From the NCBI RefSeq assembly GCF_000008625.1, contig NC_000918.1, positions 180,001 through 212,000 of the forward strand: DNA of 32,000 nucleotides. Reading direction: 5' to 3'. Shown one piece after another: positions 1 to 8,377 of the stretch. The position numbers and the translations under genes were made by a program. Source of the DNA: Aquifex aeolicus VF5. GTDB lineage: Bacteria; Aquificota; Aquificia; Aquificales; Aquificaceae. The notes under the pieces were generated by a model. That model ran no database searches. It was not told the origin of the DNA and saw nothing but the letters and a program-made list of their open reading frames with translations. Position 1 is the stretch's first letter. Each line of letters begins with the position of its first letter.

Positions 1-1378
1 ACCTCTTCAAAAAGTAATCAATAGTCTCAACTCTTATCTTTATAGAACCAGAAGGTTTGTTTTCGTCCAGCTCGTGAAAGGTAAAGTAGGGAGTGTTGGT
101 TTCTTCTAAGATTTCCTCTATTAACGAGTATATGGGGGCGTCGTGCCCGCACCTGAAGGAAGATAGGTCAACTCCTGCAAGGTTCGGGTGTCTTGCCGTG
201 TACTTTGCCGCCCATACTTTCATGGAAGAATTTTCGCTGTAGCACTTCTTCCAGACGTCCCTTATATCCATAGGGTGTTCTATCCTTCCCTCCAAAATGT
301 CCCTCTCAAATATCCTGTAAAGGATGTCCTCGTCCCTCGGAAGGCTCTCTATTGTAAAAATCGGGTAGCCCCTTTTGTTTATCTCGTCTAAGATTTCGTG
401 GTTTATCCCCGGGTCGTTGTGGTAGGGTCTTCCAAGGAGAACTACTCCAACCTTTCCTTCCCTTTCCAGTCTCTCCAGAACTTCCCTTGCCCTTTCCCTT
501 AAAGTTCTCCTGTACTCCTCAAGTGCCCTCAGACCTTCCCTTACCGCCTCCCTGTTTTCCTCTTTCGTTATTCCGAATAAGGGATTAAATACTTTGTAGA
601 GTTGTCTCTCTAAGAGTTCCGTGTCTTCCAAATCCAGAACCGGGTCAAGGTATATCACTCCCCTTTCCCTGAATTCGTCCCTTTCCTTTGTAAAACTAGC
701 CTTCACGACTTCGGGTGTTGCCGAAACTGTGGGACACGCCCAGTGCCCTTCAGCCTTGTATATCTCTCCCTGAAGTGTCCTTATACAGGGGAAAAAGATG
801 ATGTTCACTCCTTTCTTTTCAAAAAGGAGGTTGTGAACGTGGGCTATTGCGACCTTTGAAGGGAAACACGGGTCTATTGATCCCCTCTTTGAGCCTCTTC
901 TGTAGAGCTCTTCGCTCGTGAAGTCAGAAAAAACTACCTTTTTAACTCCGAGGGCTTCGAAGTACGTCCTGAAGAAGGGAGCGTAAGAGTATACGTTCAA
1001 GACTCTCGGAATTCCGATTACCGCGTTCTTCAAGAATTCAAGTTTTTTCTTCCTGAAGAAGTTAATTATTCCATTTTCCTTTACCACTTTTTTCGGTTTG
1101 TAGGACTTGAAGAGGAGTTTATTCGAAATCTCAACGAAGTTCGGGTACTTTTCCTGCAGGGAACTCCTTTCTTTTAGGAGTTTTTTTAGCTCTTCCTTGC
1201 TCTCCACTTCCCCTTTATCGCACGTGGCTATTATGAACCTCTTTTTTTCTTCGTTTACCTTGAGATCTATGAAGGTTCTTATGCACAGGTTCTTACAAAA
1301 GTGACAGCGGGTCTCCTCGCCCCTTATGGTTTCGTAATCAATCTTATCCAGGTTTTCAAAACCTATAAAGTTCGTCAT
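1..1378 (-). CDS. 2-hydroxyacyl-CoA dehydratase-like / activase-associated protein (DUF2229-type). It is 3'-truncated by the window edge.
   Basis: My own translation of the minus strand from ATG 1378..1376 stays open to position 1 (MTNFIGFENLDKIDYETIRGEETRCHFCKNLC...GRPYHNDPGINHEILDEINKRGYPIFTIESLP...RCGHDAPIYS). The start overlaps the upstream activase stop by ATGA. It is absent from the ORF track, presumably because no stop lies in the window. There is an N-terminal Cys cluster, CxxCxxxC...C. Confidence 0.7.
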   Translation of the reverse strand, partial: MTNFIGFENLDKIDYETIRGEETRCHFCKNLCIRTFIDLKVNEEKKRFIIATCDKGEVESKEELKKLLKERSSLQEKYPNFVEISNKLLFKSYKPKKVVKENGIINFFRKKKLEFLKNAVIGIPRVLNVYSYAPFFRTYFEALGVKKVVFSDFTSEELYRRGSKRGSIDPCFPSKVAIAHVHNLLFEKKGVNIIFFPCIRTLQGEIYKAEGHWACPTVSATPEVVKASFTKERDEFRERGVIYLDPVLDLEDTELLERQLYKVFNPLFGITKEENREAVREGLRALEEYRRTLRERAREVLERLEREGKVGVVLLGRPYHNDPGINHEILDEINKRGYPIFTIESLPRDEDILYRIFERDILEGRIEHPMDIRDVWKKCYSENSSMKVWAAKYTARHPNLAGVDLSSFRCGHDAPIYSLIEEILEETNTPYFTFHELDENKPSGSIKIRVETIDYFLKR

Positions 1379-3210
1379 ACTAATACTCCCTCCGCTTCTT
1401 TTACTCTCTTTGCTTCAAGGGCTGCACCTATTGCCCCTGCTACGCTTCCCATGGGGTGAACGTAAACCTTTGCTTCTGGGACTTTAGACTTTATGTAATC
1501 CACCTGAGCTTTTACCACCGCGAGGTTTTTATGGGTTCCTCCCTGAAGAACGAATACCTTTCCGAGCTTCCTCAAGTTCGGCTCCTGCATTACGTAAAGC
1601 CAGACATTCAAGGGCAGAACCTTTGCGAGTCCTGCCATTATCTCTTCCGCGGTCCATCCGAGTTGCTGGAAGTTAACTATGTCCGCCTCTAAAAATACAG
1701 CACAACCAAAGTTAAAGGAGGGACAGTACTTGGCTTTAAAAGCCACGTCCGCATACTCTTCCACCCTGTATCCGAACCTGTTTGCGGTGGACTGGAGGTA
1801 ATAACCGTTTCCAGCGGAACACTGGGTGTTCAGTCTAAAGTCTTTAACCTTTCCGTTCCTGAGGATTATGACCTTTATATCTTGCCCGCCCACGTCGCAT
1901 ATCACTTCCGCGTCGGGGAAAAACTTAAGGGCTCCGAGCGTGTGGGCTACCGTTTCAACTATTGCAACGTCTCCGCCGAAAGCCATCTTGAGAAGATCTT
2001 TTGCGTATCCCGTAAAACCGACTCCTAGAACCTCTATATCAACTCCCTTTTCTTCCATTTCTCTCTTCATCTTCTTGAGAATCCCCTTTGTGTCTTCTAT
2101 AGGGTTTCCTTCCGAGAGTTTGTAGGCCGTTGTAATCACCTCTCCCTCTTCGTTTAAGAGGACTCCTTTTGTTGAAGTAGAGCCCCCGTCAACGCCTATG
2201 TAAACTCCTACCTTTTCTCCTGGGTACAGTGCCGGAGGGGTGAAGGGTTTGGATGTGTACTCCTTGAGGAATTCTTCGAGCTCTTCTTTCGTCTTCCAAA
2301 GGGCTACCTGCCCGCTTTGAGCCTTTATCTTTTCCCTTTCTTCTAGGAACCTGTAAAGTGGAGATAGGTCTTTAACTACAAAGGAGTCCTTTTCCTCAAA
2401 CTGAGAAAGGAGTGCACTCCCGAAGGCAACGTAATACAGGGCATCTTCGGGAACGTATATGGGGTTTTCTTCTTTGACTTCAAAACCTCTTTCTTCCCAG
2501 AGTTTCCTTATTTGATACTCCCACGCTTCCCTGAGAGCGGGGAAGTAGTTGTTCGGACCTCCCAGTAATAGTACTTTTGGTCTTGGTGTGTATCCCCTCG
2601 TCAAAACGGTCAAGTTCTGGAGAACTATGGCGTCAAAGAGGGAAATCATGAGCTCATCCTTGGGAACTCCGTTTTTCTGGAGGGAGTTGATGTCCGTTTC
2701 TGCGAAAACTCCGCACTTTCCCGCAACCGGGTGGACTTTTTTAGGGTCGTACTTTACGTTTTTCACTTCTTCGGGTTTCAGGTTCAGTTTCATTAGAATC
2801 CTGTCTATGGTTGCTCCCGTTCCCCCCGCACACTTGTCGTTCATAGTTGCGAATTTCCTGACACCTTTCTCGTCCCTTATCCAGACAATGAACTTAGCGT
2901 CCTGTCCTCCAAGTTCAAAAACGGAGCCCGCATCCTTGTGAAGGTGTTCCACCGCAAAGCTGAGGGCGTTAACTTCCTGTATGAACTTCCCGCCGAGGAG
3001 TTCCGCTACCTTCCTTCCGCCGCTTCCCGCCGTGAATAGTCTGAACTCCTTTACACCGAGCTCTTCCCTTATCCTTTCCAGGAACTCTATAACTTTCTCT
3101 ATTTGTTTTGTCCTGTGCCTTTCGTAATTTTTCCAAACTATATTTTTGTTTTCGTCTATCACCACAGCCTTTACGGTGGTTGAGCCGACGTCAAGACCTA
3201 CCGTTAACAT
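1375..3210 (-). CDS. BadF/BadG/BcrA/BcrD/HgdC-family double-ATPase (CoA-substrate-specific enzyme activase)
   Basis: 611 aa with two tandem ASKHA ATPase halves, starting GLDVGSTTVKAVV and GVDGGSTSTKGVL. Each half has HgdC-like cluster-ligand Cys motifs (DKCAGGTG/GKCGVFAETD and TQCSAGNG/GCAVFLEAD). SD GGGAGGGG lies 8 nt upstream of the ATG. Confidence 0.85.
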   Translation of the reverse strand: MLTVGLDVGSTTVKAVVIDENKNIVWKNYERHRTKQIEKVIEFLERIREELGVKEFRLFTAGSGGRKVAELLGGKFIQEVNALSFAVEHLHKDAGSVFELGGQDAKFIVWIRDEKGVRKFATMNDKCAGGTGATIDRILMKLNLKPEEVKNVKYDPKKVHPVAGKCGVFAETDINSLQKNGVPKDELMISLFDAIVLQNLTVLTRGYTPRPKVLLLGGPNNYFPALREAWEYQIRKLWEERGFEVKEENPIYVPEDALYYVAFGSALLSQFEEKDSFVVKDLSPLYRFLEEREKIKAQSGQVALWKTKEELEEFLKEYTSKPFTPPALYPGEKVGVYIGVDGGSTSTKGVLLNEEGEVITTAYKLSEGNPIEDTKGILKKMKREMEEKGVDIEVLGVGFTGYAKDLLKMAFGGDVAIVETVAHTLGALKFFPDAEVICDVGGQDIKVIILRNGKVKDFRLNTQCSAGNGYYLQSTANRFGYRVEEYADVAFKAKYCPSFNFGCAVFLEADIVNFQQLGWTAEEIMAGLAKVLPLNVWLYVMQEPNLRKLGKVFVLQGGTHKNLAVVKAQVDYIKSKVPEAKVYVHPMGSVAGAIGAALEAKRVKEAEGVLV

Positions 3211-3234
3211 TCCATACCCCTCCCAGACAGAATT

Positions 3235-3765
3235 TCAGAAGTTCATCCGCAACTTTTTCTGAATCAACTTCCTCTTGCAGATAAGAGACTTTATAACTTC
3301 CTTAACTCCTCCGAGGATTACCCGTGCTACTACCTCCGTGTCGTGAGGCTTTAAAATACCGAGTTTTATCCCCTTCTCGAGGGATCTTGAAATTAAATTA
3401 ACTACGTCTTCAAAGAAACAGTCTATTATCTTCGCGTAATTGGGTTCGCAACTCCTGAAAAGGATTATTTTCGCAAGTTCTCTGTTCTCAAGGGCGTAAT
3501 CTATTACTCTCTTTACGTTTTCCTTTACCTGCTCTACAGGGTCCCGGGATATATCAACGGGTTTTATACGTTCCTTCAAATCCTCAACGACTTTTTTGAG
3601 TATCTCTTCAAAGACTTCTTCCTTGCTCTTGAAGTATATGTAAAAAGTTCCCCTCGCAACTCCCGCACTTTCCACTATGTGAGAAATCTGGGTATTATAA
3701 AACCCCTTTTCCGCAAACTCCTTTGCAGCTGCTTTTATTATCCTCTCCCTCGTCTGAACTGACAT
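3235..3765 (-). CDS. TetR/AcrR family transcriptional regulator
   Basis: N-terminal HTH RERIIKAAAKEFAEKGFYNTQISHIVESAGVARGTFYIYFKSKEEVF. I prefer ATG 3765 (SD AGGAGGTG 6 nt upstream) over the track's GTG at 3774. It lies 24 nt upstream of the activase gene on the same strand. Confidence 0.85.
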   Translation of the reverse strand: MSVQTRERIIKAAAKEFAEKGFYNTQISHIVESAGVARGTFYIYFKSKEEVFEEILKKVVEDLKERIKPVDISRDPVEQVKENVKRVIDYALENRELAKIILFRSCEPNYAKIIDCFFEDVVNLISRSLEKGIKLGILKPHDTEVVARVILGGVKEVIKSLICKRKLIQKKLRMNF

Positions 3766-3782
3766 GTCATTCACCTCCTAAT

Positions 3783-3824
3783 ATGAGTATTATCACAAAA
3801 AGTTCTATGATATTAATCACAAAA
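3783..3824. promoter_or_regulatory. Candidate TetR operator: two similar 18-nt direct repeats in the TetR/nth divergent region
   Basis: ATGAGTATTATCACAAAA (3783-3800) and ATGATATTAATCACAAAA (3807-3824), 24 bp apart. Each contains a partial TGAT..ATCA palindrome. They lie just upstream of the TetR start. Confidence 0.3.
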
Positions 3825-3889
3825 TCCTTTGCGCCAAAAACTTTCTTCTCATTAATGTCCATTCTACAAATCCCATAAAATCTTCCCTT

Positions 3890-4531
3890 ATGAAAAGGGA
3901 AGACGTGCCTAAAGTTCTTGAAATTCTAAAAAGGGAATTTCCGAAATGGAATGCTCCCGTAGTTCACATGATAGCCCAGCACGATAAAGATCCCTTCAGG
4001 GTTCTGGTGTGTGCACTGCTTTCTACGAGAACAAAGGACGAACTCACTTGGAGAGTTTGTAAAAGGTTTTTTGAAAAGGTAAAATCTCCCGAAGATCTTA
4101 TAAAACTTTCCGAAAAAGAAATTGAAGAACTAATTTATCCTGTGGGTTTTTACAGGGTAAAGGCTAAACAATTAAAAGAGATTGGAAAAATCCTGATTGA
4201 GAAGTACGGCGGGAAAGTCCCGGATACACTGGAAGAACTTCTGAAACTTCCGGGTGTGGGCAGAAAGGTGGCAAACCTCGTCCTTTCAAAGGGATTTAAT
4301 AAACCTGCTATAGTCGTTGACGTTCACGTCCACAGGATAGTGAACAGGTGGTGTCTGGTGAAGACGAAAACACCTGAAGAAACGGAGAGGAAATTAATGG
4401 AAATAGTTCCAAAAGAACTCTGGAGCGATATCAATTACCTTTTGGTTGCCTTTGGGCAAACGATATGCCTTCCGAGAAAGCCGAAATGCGAGGAGTGCCC
4501 TGTAGAAAAGTACTGCGGAAAGTGCCTTTAA
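3890..4531 (+). CDS. nth: Endonuclease III (DNA-(apurinic or apyrimidinic site) lyase / glycosylase)
   Basis: HhH motif [13 protein letters not shown]-terminal 4Fe-4S motif C-x6-C-x2-C-x5-C ([17 protein letters not shown]). 213 aa. Confidence 0.9.
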   Translation: MKREDVPKVLEILKREFPKWNAPVVHMIAQHDKDPFRVLVCALLSTRTKDELTWRVCKRFFEKVKSPEDLIKLSEKEIEELIYPVGFYRVKAKQLKEIGKILIEKYGGKVPDTLEELLKLPGVGRKVANLVLSKGFNKPAIVVDVHVHRIVNRWCLVKTKTPEETERKLMEIVPKELWSDINYLLVAFGQTICLPRKPKCEECPVEKYCGKCL

Positions 4532-5025
4532 CTCTTTTCACCGCCTATTTCAAAGTCTTCGGGTTTAATATTTTCGAGCCACTCCCTTAACTTCTTCTTC
4601 TCTTCGTCCTCTTCGGGTTCCGGCAGTTTTGACTGTTCAAGGACATGTTCCGCCACGTATATGGGAGCTCCGAACCTGAGGGCGAGGTTTATAGCGTCGC
4701 TCGGCCTTGAATCTATAACGAGTGTGTTGTTCCCCTGATTTATGTAAATTTCCGCGTAGTAAGTGCTGTCTTTGAGGTCGTTTATTACAACCTTTTCAAC
4801 GTTTCCGCCCATTTCCGTGATTATGTTTTTAAGGAGTTCGTAAGTCATGGGTCTCGGGGGTTCTACACCTTGGAGTTTCATGGCTATGCCGTTTGCCTCA
4901 AAGGCTCCTATCCATATAGGGAGTATTAAGTTTTCGTCTTCCTTTCCCTTTAAAACAACTATAGGCATCTGAGTCGTGGGATCAAGAGTAATTCCGTGAA
5001 CTTCCATTTCAACAAGTTCGCTCAT
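4528..5025 (-). CDS. Bifunctional nuclease (BFN/DUF151) domain protein
   Basis: Pattern typical of DUF151: VVLK...[31 protein letters not shown]...[25 protein letters not shown] overlap with the miaB stop. Confidence 0.75.
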   Translation of the reverse strand: MSELVEMEVHGITLDPTTQMPIVVLKGKEDENLILPIWIGAFEANGIAMKLQGVEPPRPMTYELLKNIITEMGGNVEKVVINDLKDSTYYAEIYINQGNNTLVIDSRPSDAINLALRFGAPIYVAEHVLEQSKLPEPEEDEEKKKLREWLENIKPEDFEIGGEKS

Positions 5026-6344
5026 TTTATCACCTCCAAAAGTTCGCCCTCTAAACTGAAGGGAGAAGACTTAATAACCTTTATCTTCACTATCTTTCCT
5101 AAAAGTGAAGGGTCTCCCTTAAAGGAAGCCCACTTGTTCGTTGTTGTTCTGCCTATAAGTTCACCGTTCTTCTCCTCTTCAACAAGGACTTCCTGAACCG
5201 TTCCTTCGTACTTTTTGGCTATTTCCGAGAGTATTGACTTTTGGAGTTCTAAGAGTCTCCTCATCCTTTCCGTTTTCACATCATCGGGAATCTGTCCCTC
5301 CATTTCCGCGGCGGGTGTTCCAGGTCTCGGAGAGAACTTGAAGGAGAACACCTGTTCAAACCTTACCTTTTTAAGGACGTCCAGTGTGTGTTCAAAATCC
5401 TCCTCAGTTTCCGTGGGAAATCCAACGATTACGTCCGTGGACATTGCGATGTCCTTAACTTTTTCCTTTAGTTTTTCTATCTTTTCAAGGTATTCCTCTT
5501 TTGTGTATCCTCTGTCCATCAAGGCAAGAATCCTGTTTGAACCTGCTTGGAAGGGAAGGTGGAGTGCGTTGCACACCTGCGGAATGTCTGCCATAGCCTC
5601 TATTATGTCGTCTGTGAGATCTCTCGGGTGTCCAGTAGTGAACCTTATCCTCTCAACGCCGTCTATCTTTGAAACCTGATACAGGAGTTCTGAGAAGGGA
5701 ATGGGTTTTTCAAAGTCTTTGCCCCATGCGGTTACGTTTTGACCAAGGAGGTGTATCTCCCTTACCCCATCGTCAACAAGTCTTTTCACTTCGTCAAGTA
5801 TGCTGTGAAGTGCTCTTGAACGCTCTTTACCTCTAGTTCTCGGAACTACGCAGTAGGTGCAGTTCTTGTCGCAACCCTTTATTATCGTCACGTAGGCGCA
5901 GTACTTATTATCCCTCTCTACGGGGTATTCCCATATCTTGTCTTCGTCTTGGGGAAGCTCGTCAAGGATTGCAATAGCCTTATAGCCCGCCTGAGCTTGA
6001 TTTATGAGTTCGGGGAGCTGGTGCATGTTAAAAGAGGAAAACATTATGTCTATTACGGGAGCTTTTTTTACGAGTTCCCATCCCGTTCTCTGAGCTAGGC
6101 AACCCGCAACCGCGATAAGAGCCTTCGGGTTCTTTTCCTTAATTTTTTTATACTCACCGAGGTGGGATAAAACCTTCTGGTCGGGTTTTTCCCTTATGGT
6201 ACATGTATTTAAAATTATTAAATCCGCCTCTTCCCAGTTGTCTGTCTGCTCGTATCCGATAGTTTTAAGGAGTCCCCTTATACGTTCGCTGTCGTTGAAG
6301 TTCATCTGGCAACCGAAAGTCTTTATGAAAAACTTTTTACTCAT
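5022..6344 (-). CDS. miaB: tRNA-i6A37 methylthiotransferase (radical SAM MTTase)
   Basis: N-terminal MTTase cysteines (FGCQMN, NTCTIRE, AGCLAQ), radical-SAM CDKNCTYC (Cx3Cx2C) and a C-terminal TRAM-like domain. 440 aa. Confidence 0.9.
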   Translation of the reverse strand: MSKKFFIKTFGCQMNFNDSERIRGLLKTIGYEQTDNWEEADLIILNTCTIREKPDQKVLSHLGEYKKIKEKNPKALIAVAGCLAQRTGWELVKKAPVIDIMFSSFNMHQLPELINQAQAGYKAIAILDELPQDEDKIWEYPVERDNKYCAYVTIIKGCDKNCTYCVVPRTRGKERSRALHSILDEVKRLVDDGVREIHLLGQNVTAWGKDFEKPIPFSELLYQVSKIDGVERIRFTTGHPRDLTDDIIEAMADIPQVCNALHLPFQAGSNRILALMDRGYTKEEYLEKIEKLKEKVKDIAMSTDVIVGFPTETEEDFEHTLDVLKKVRFEQVFSFKFSPRPGTPAAEMEGQIPDDVKTERMRRLLELQKSILSEIAKKYEGTVQEVLVEEEKNGELIGRTTTNKWASFKGDPSLLGKIVKIKVIKSSPFSLEGELLEVIK

Positions 6345-6372
6345 AGATTATTAATTTATAGTTTTCGCAGGA

Positions 6373-6900
6373 TTAATGGTGTTTGTGTTCTTTCTCCTCC
6401 AGGTGTTCCCTGTGGGACAGGTAAAGGGCTAAAGCTATACTTACGAGCCCCAATCCGAAGAATAAGAAGTCTATAGATTGTGTAAAGTTGAAAAAAAGTG
6501 CCTGTTTGAAGAAGTAAACCGAGAGAACCATTATAACTATCTTTCCCAGTTTCATTTTGAGGTCTTCCAAGTTCCTTACTATTAAAATTCTCGAACTCCT
6601 CTGATCCCTTTCCGCGGGGTCTATCTTTGATATGAAGAGCTCGTAAAGTCCCAAGGAGAAAATTATCAGGAATGTAGCTATTAAAAACAGGTCAAGGGAG
6701 GAGATAACCGAAGCGAGTATCTTCCTCTGAAATATCTCGTAATCTCCTGTATCTACGAGTTTTATTACCGGGTAAATTATCTCGTATACTCCGGCAAGAA
6801 ACAGCAAAAGCGAGGCAAATAAAGACATTACAACCGCTATTAATACCAAGAGCCTTGACTTCCACAGAAAGTTTTCAAAGATTATTTCAAGCAATCTCAT
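6373..6900 (-). CDS. YqhA/UPF0114-like integral membrane protein
   Basis: 175 aa with several hydrophobic helices. The N-terminal layout resembles the YqhA family, from memory only. The start overlaps the smpB stop by 1 nt. Confidence 0.5.
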   Translation of the reverse strand: MRLLEIIFENFLWKSRLLVLIAVVMSLFASLLLFLAGVYEIIYPVIKLVDTGDYEIFQRKILASVISSLDLFLIATFLIIFSLGLYELFISKIDPAERDQRSSRILIVRNLEDLKMKLGKIVIMVLSVYFFKQALFFNFTQSIDFLFFGLGLVSIALALYLSHREHLEEKEHKHH

Positions 6901-7373
6901 CAGAGGTGTATTTTACCTTTAAACTCTCTTTCGAGTTCCCTCTTCATAGCTTTTTCTTTGAGTTCTCTCCTCCTGTCGTAGAGCTTCTTACCCTTTGCAA
7001 GGGCTATCAGAACCTTCACTTTGTTGTTCTTCCAATAGAGCTTTAAGGGAATTATAGTGTAGCCCTTTTCCTGAACTTTTCCGTAGAGCCTCATTATCTC
7101 CCTTTTGTGAAGAAGGAGCTTTCTCTTTCTTAATGGATCGTGGTTTTCTATAGTCGCGTGTTTATACGGGGCTATGTAGAGGTTGTAGAGCCACGCCTCT
7201 CCGTTTTCTATCCTTACGAAACTATCCTTAAAGGAAACGGTTCCCTTTTCCCTCAGGGATTTTACCTCGGAACCTTTCAAGACTATTCCCGCTTCGTAGG
7301 TCTCAAGTATGTCGTACTTGGCTTTTGCTTCCTTGTTTTCAGCTATAGGGATAATTTTGTCGCTTTTGCCCAT
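6900..7373 (-). CDS. smpB: SsrA-binding protein SmpB
   Basis: 157 aa. IAENKEAKAKYDILETYEAGIVLKGSEVKSLR...LLLHKREI is the canonical SmpB pattern, with a basic C-terminal tail. Confidence 0.95.
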   Translation of the reverse strand: MGKSDKIIPIAENKEAKAKYDILETYEAGIVLKGSEVKSLREKGTVSFKDSFVRIENGEAWLYNLYIAPYKHATIENHDPLRKRKLLLHKREIMRLYGKVQEKGYTIIPLKLYWKNNKVKVLIALAKGKKLYDRRRELKEKAMKRELEREFKGKIHL

Positions 7374-7380
7374 AATAAGT

Positions 7381-8349
7381 TCACTTTATCATTTCGGCGT
7401 AAGTTCTCGCGAGTTTAAAGAACTTAGTAGCCCTCTCCTTTGCCTTCTCCTTTTCTTCTTGAGTTAAGTTAGGATCGTCAAGTAAGAAGGAGTTCACCTT
7501 CCCTCTCACGTAAGCCCTGTAGCACTTGAAAAAGGGAAGCATAAGGTCAAAGTCGGGATCTTTTGATATCCTCCTGTACTCTTCCTCGTAAGCCCTTGCG
7601 AGGTATTCCCTTCCGAAGTACTCCAGTTCCATAGAAAGGAAGCACATGTCGTTGAGAACGTCTCCGTACCTGAACCTGTCGTTAAACTCAATACAGTCAA
7701 AGATACACACTCCTTCTTCCAGGAAGGCAACGTGTTCCGTCCTTATGTCCCCGTGCCCGTCCCTTATCCTCCCTTCCTTTATCCTCTTTTCGAAAATGTC
7801 CGCGTGCTTTTCGTAAAATTCGTTTGTCTTTCTCTTTATAAAATCGTAGTCCTCCTTGCTTATCGTTATCCCTATATACTTTTCAGTCTGGGCGAAGTTC
7901 TCGTCGGTGTTGTACTTCATTACTTCCATCTTTCCGAACTCGTCCACCCTCTTAGCCCTCACGTGGAAGTCCGCAACAACTTTTGCGACCTTTTTCAAGT
8001 CTTCTTCCGTTGTCTTATCGAGTCTGTTTGAGAGGATAGCTTCATCCGGTATCCTTCTCATCTTTACGGCGTACTCCACCACGTTCTCGTCGTTTTCTAT
8101 TACCCACTTACCCTTTACTTCGCTTATGGGAACTACACCTATGTAAACCCAGGGGCACAGCCTCCTGTTGAGTTCCACTTCCTTGTAGCACATTTCTTTC
8201 CTTTTCTCGAGCGTTGAGTAATCGAGAAAGCCGAAGTTCACAGGCTTTTTTATCTTGTAAACAACGTCTTTCAAAAGTAAAACCCATGAGGTGTGGGTCT
8301 GGATAACTTCTGCACCCAGTTCTTTTGCGAGTTCAAGTACTTTGCTCAC
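7381..8349 (-). CDS. Aminoglycoside-phosphotransferase-like (protein-kinase-fold) protein, stand-alone
   Basis: Catalytic-loop-like HGDIRTEHV, followed by FDCIEFNDRFRYGDVLND (the APH/choline-kinase Brenner and DxD region). GTG start. Substrate unknown. Confidence 0.65.
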   Translation of the reverse strand: MSKVLELAKELGAEVIQTHTSWVLLLKDVVYKIKKPVNFGFLDYSTLEKRKEMCYKEVELNRRLCPWVYIGVVPISEVKGKWVIENDENVVEYAVKMRRIPDEAILSNRLDKTTEEDLKKVAKVVADFHVRAKRVDEFGKMEVMKYNTDENFAQTEKYIGITISKEDYDFIKRKTNEFYEKHADIFEKRIKEGRIRDGHGDIRTEHVAFLEEGVCIFDCIEFNDRFRYGDVLNDMCFLSMELEYFGREYLARAYEEEYRRISKDPDFDLMLPFFKCYRAYVRGKVNSFLLDDPNLTQEEKEKAKERATKFFKLARTYAEMIK

Positions 8350-8377
8350 AAGTGTAATTTTAACTTAGAATGTTTTT

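Noticed and set aside
1107-3000. Plus-strand track ORFs antisense to the activase/dehydratase genes (1107..1304, 1456..1692, 1826..2125, 2549..2941)
   Set aside because: They translate to S/F/L/P-rich sequence typical of the antisense of K/E/G-rich genes. They have no motifs, and they overlap well-supported minus-strand genes.
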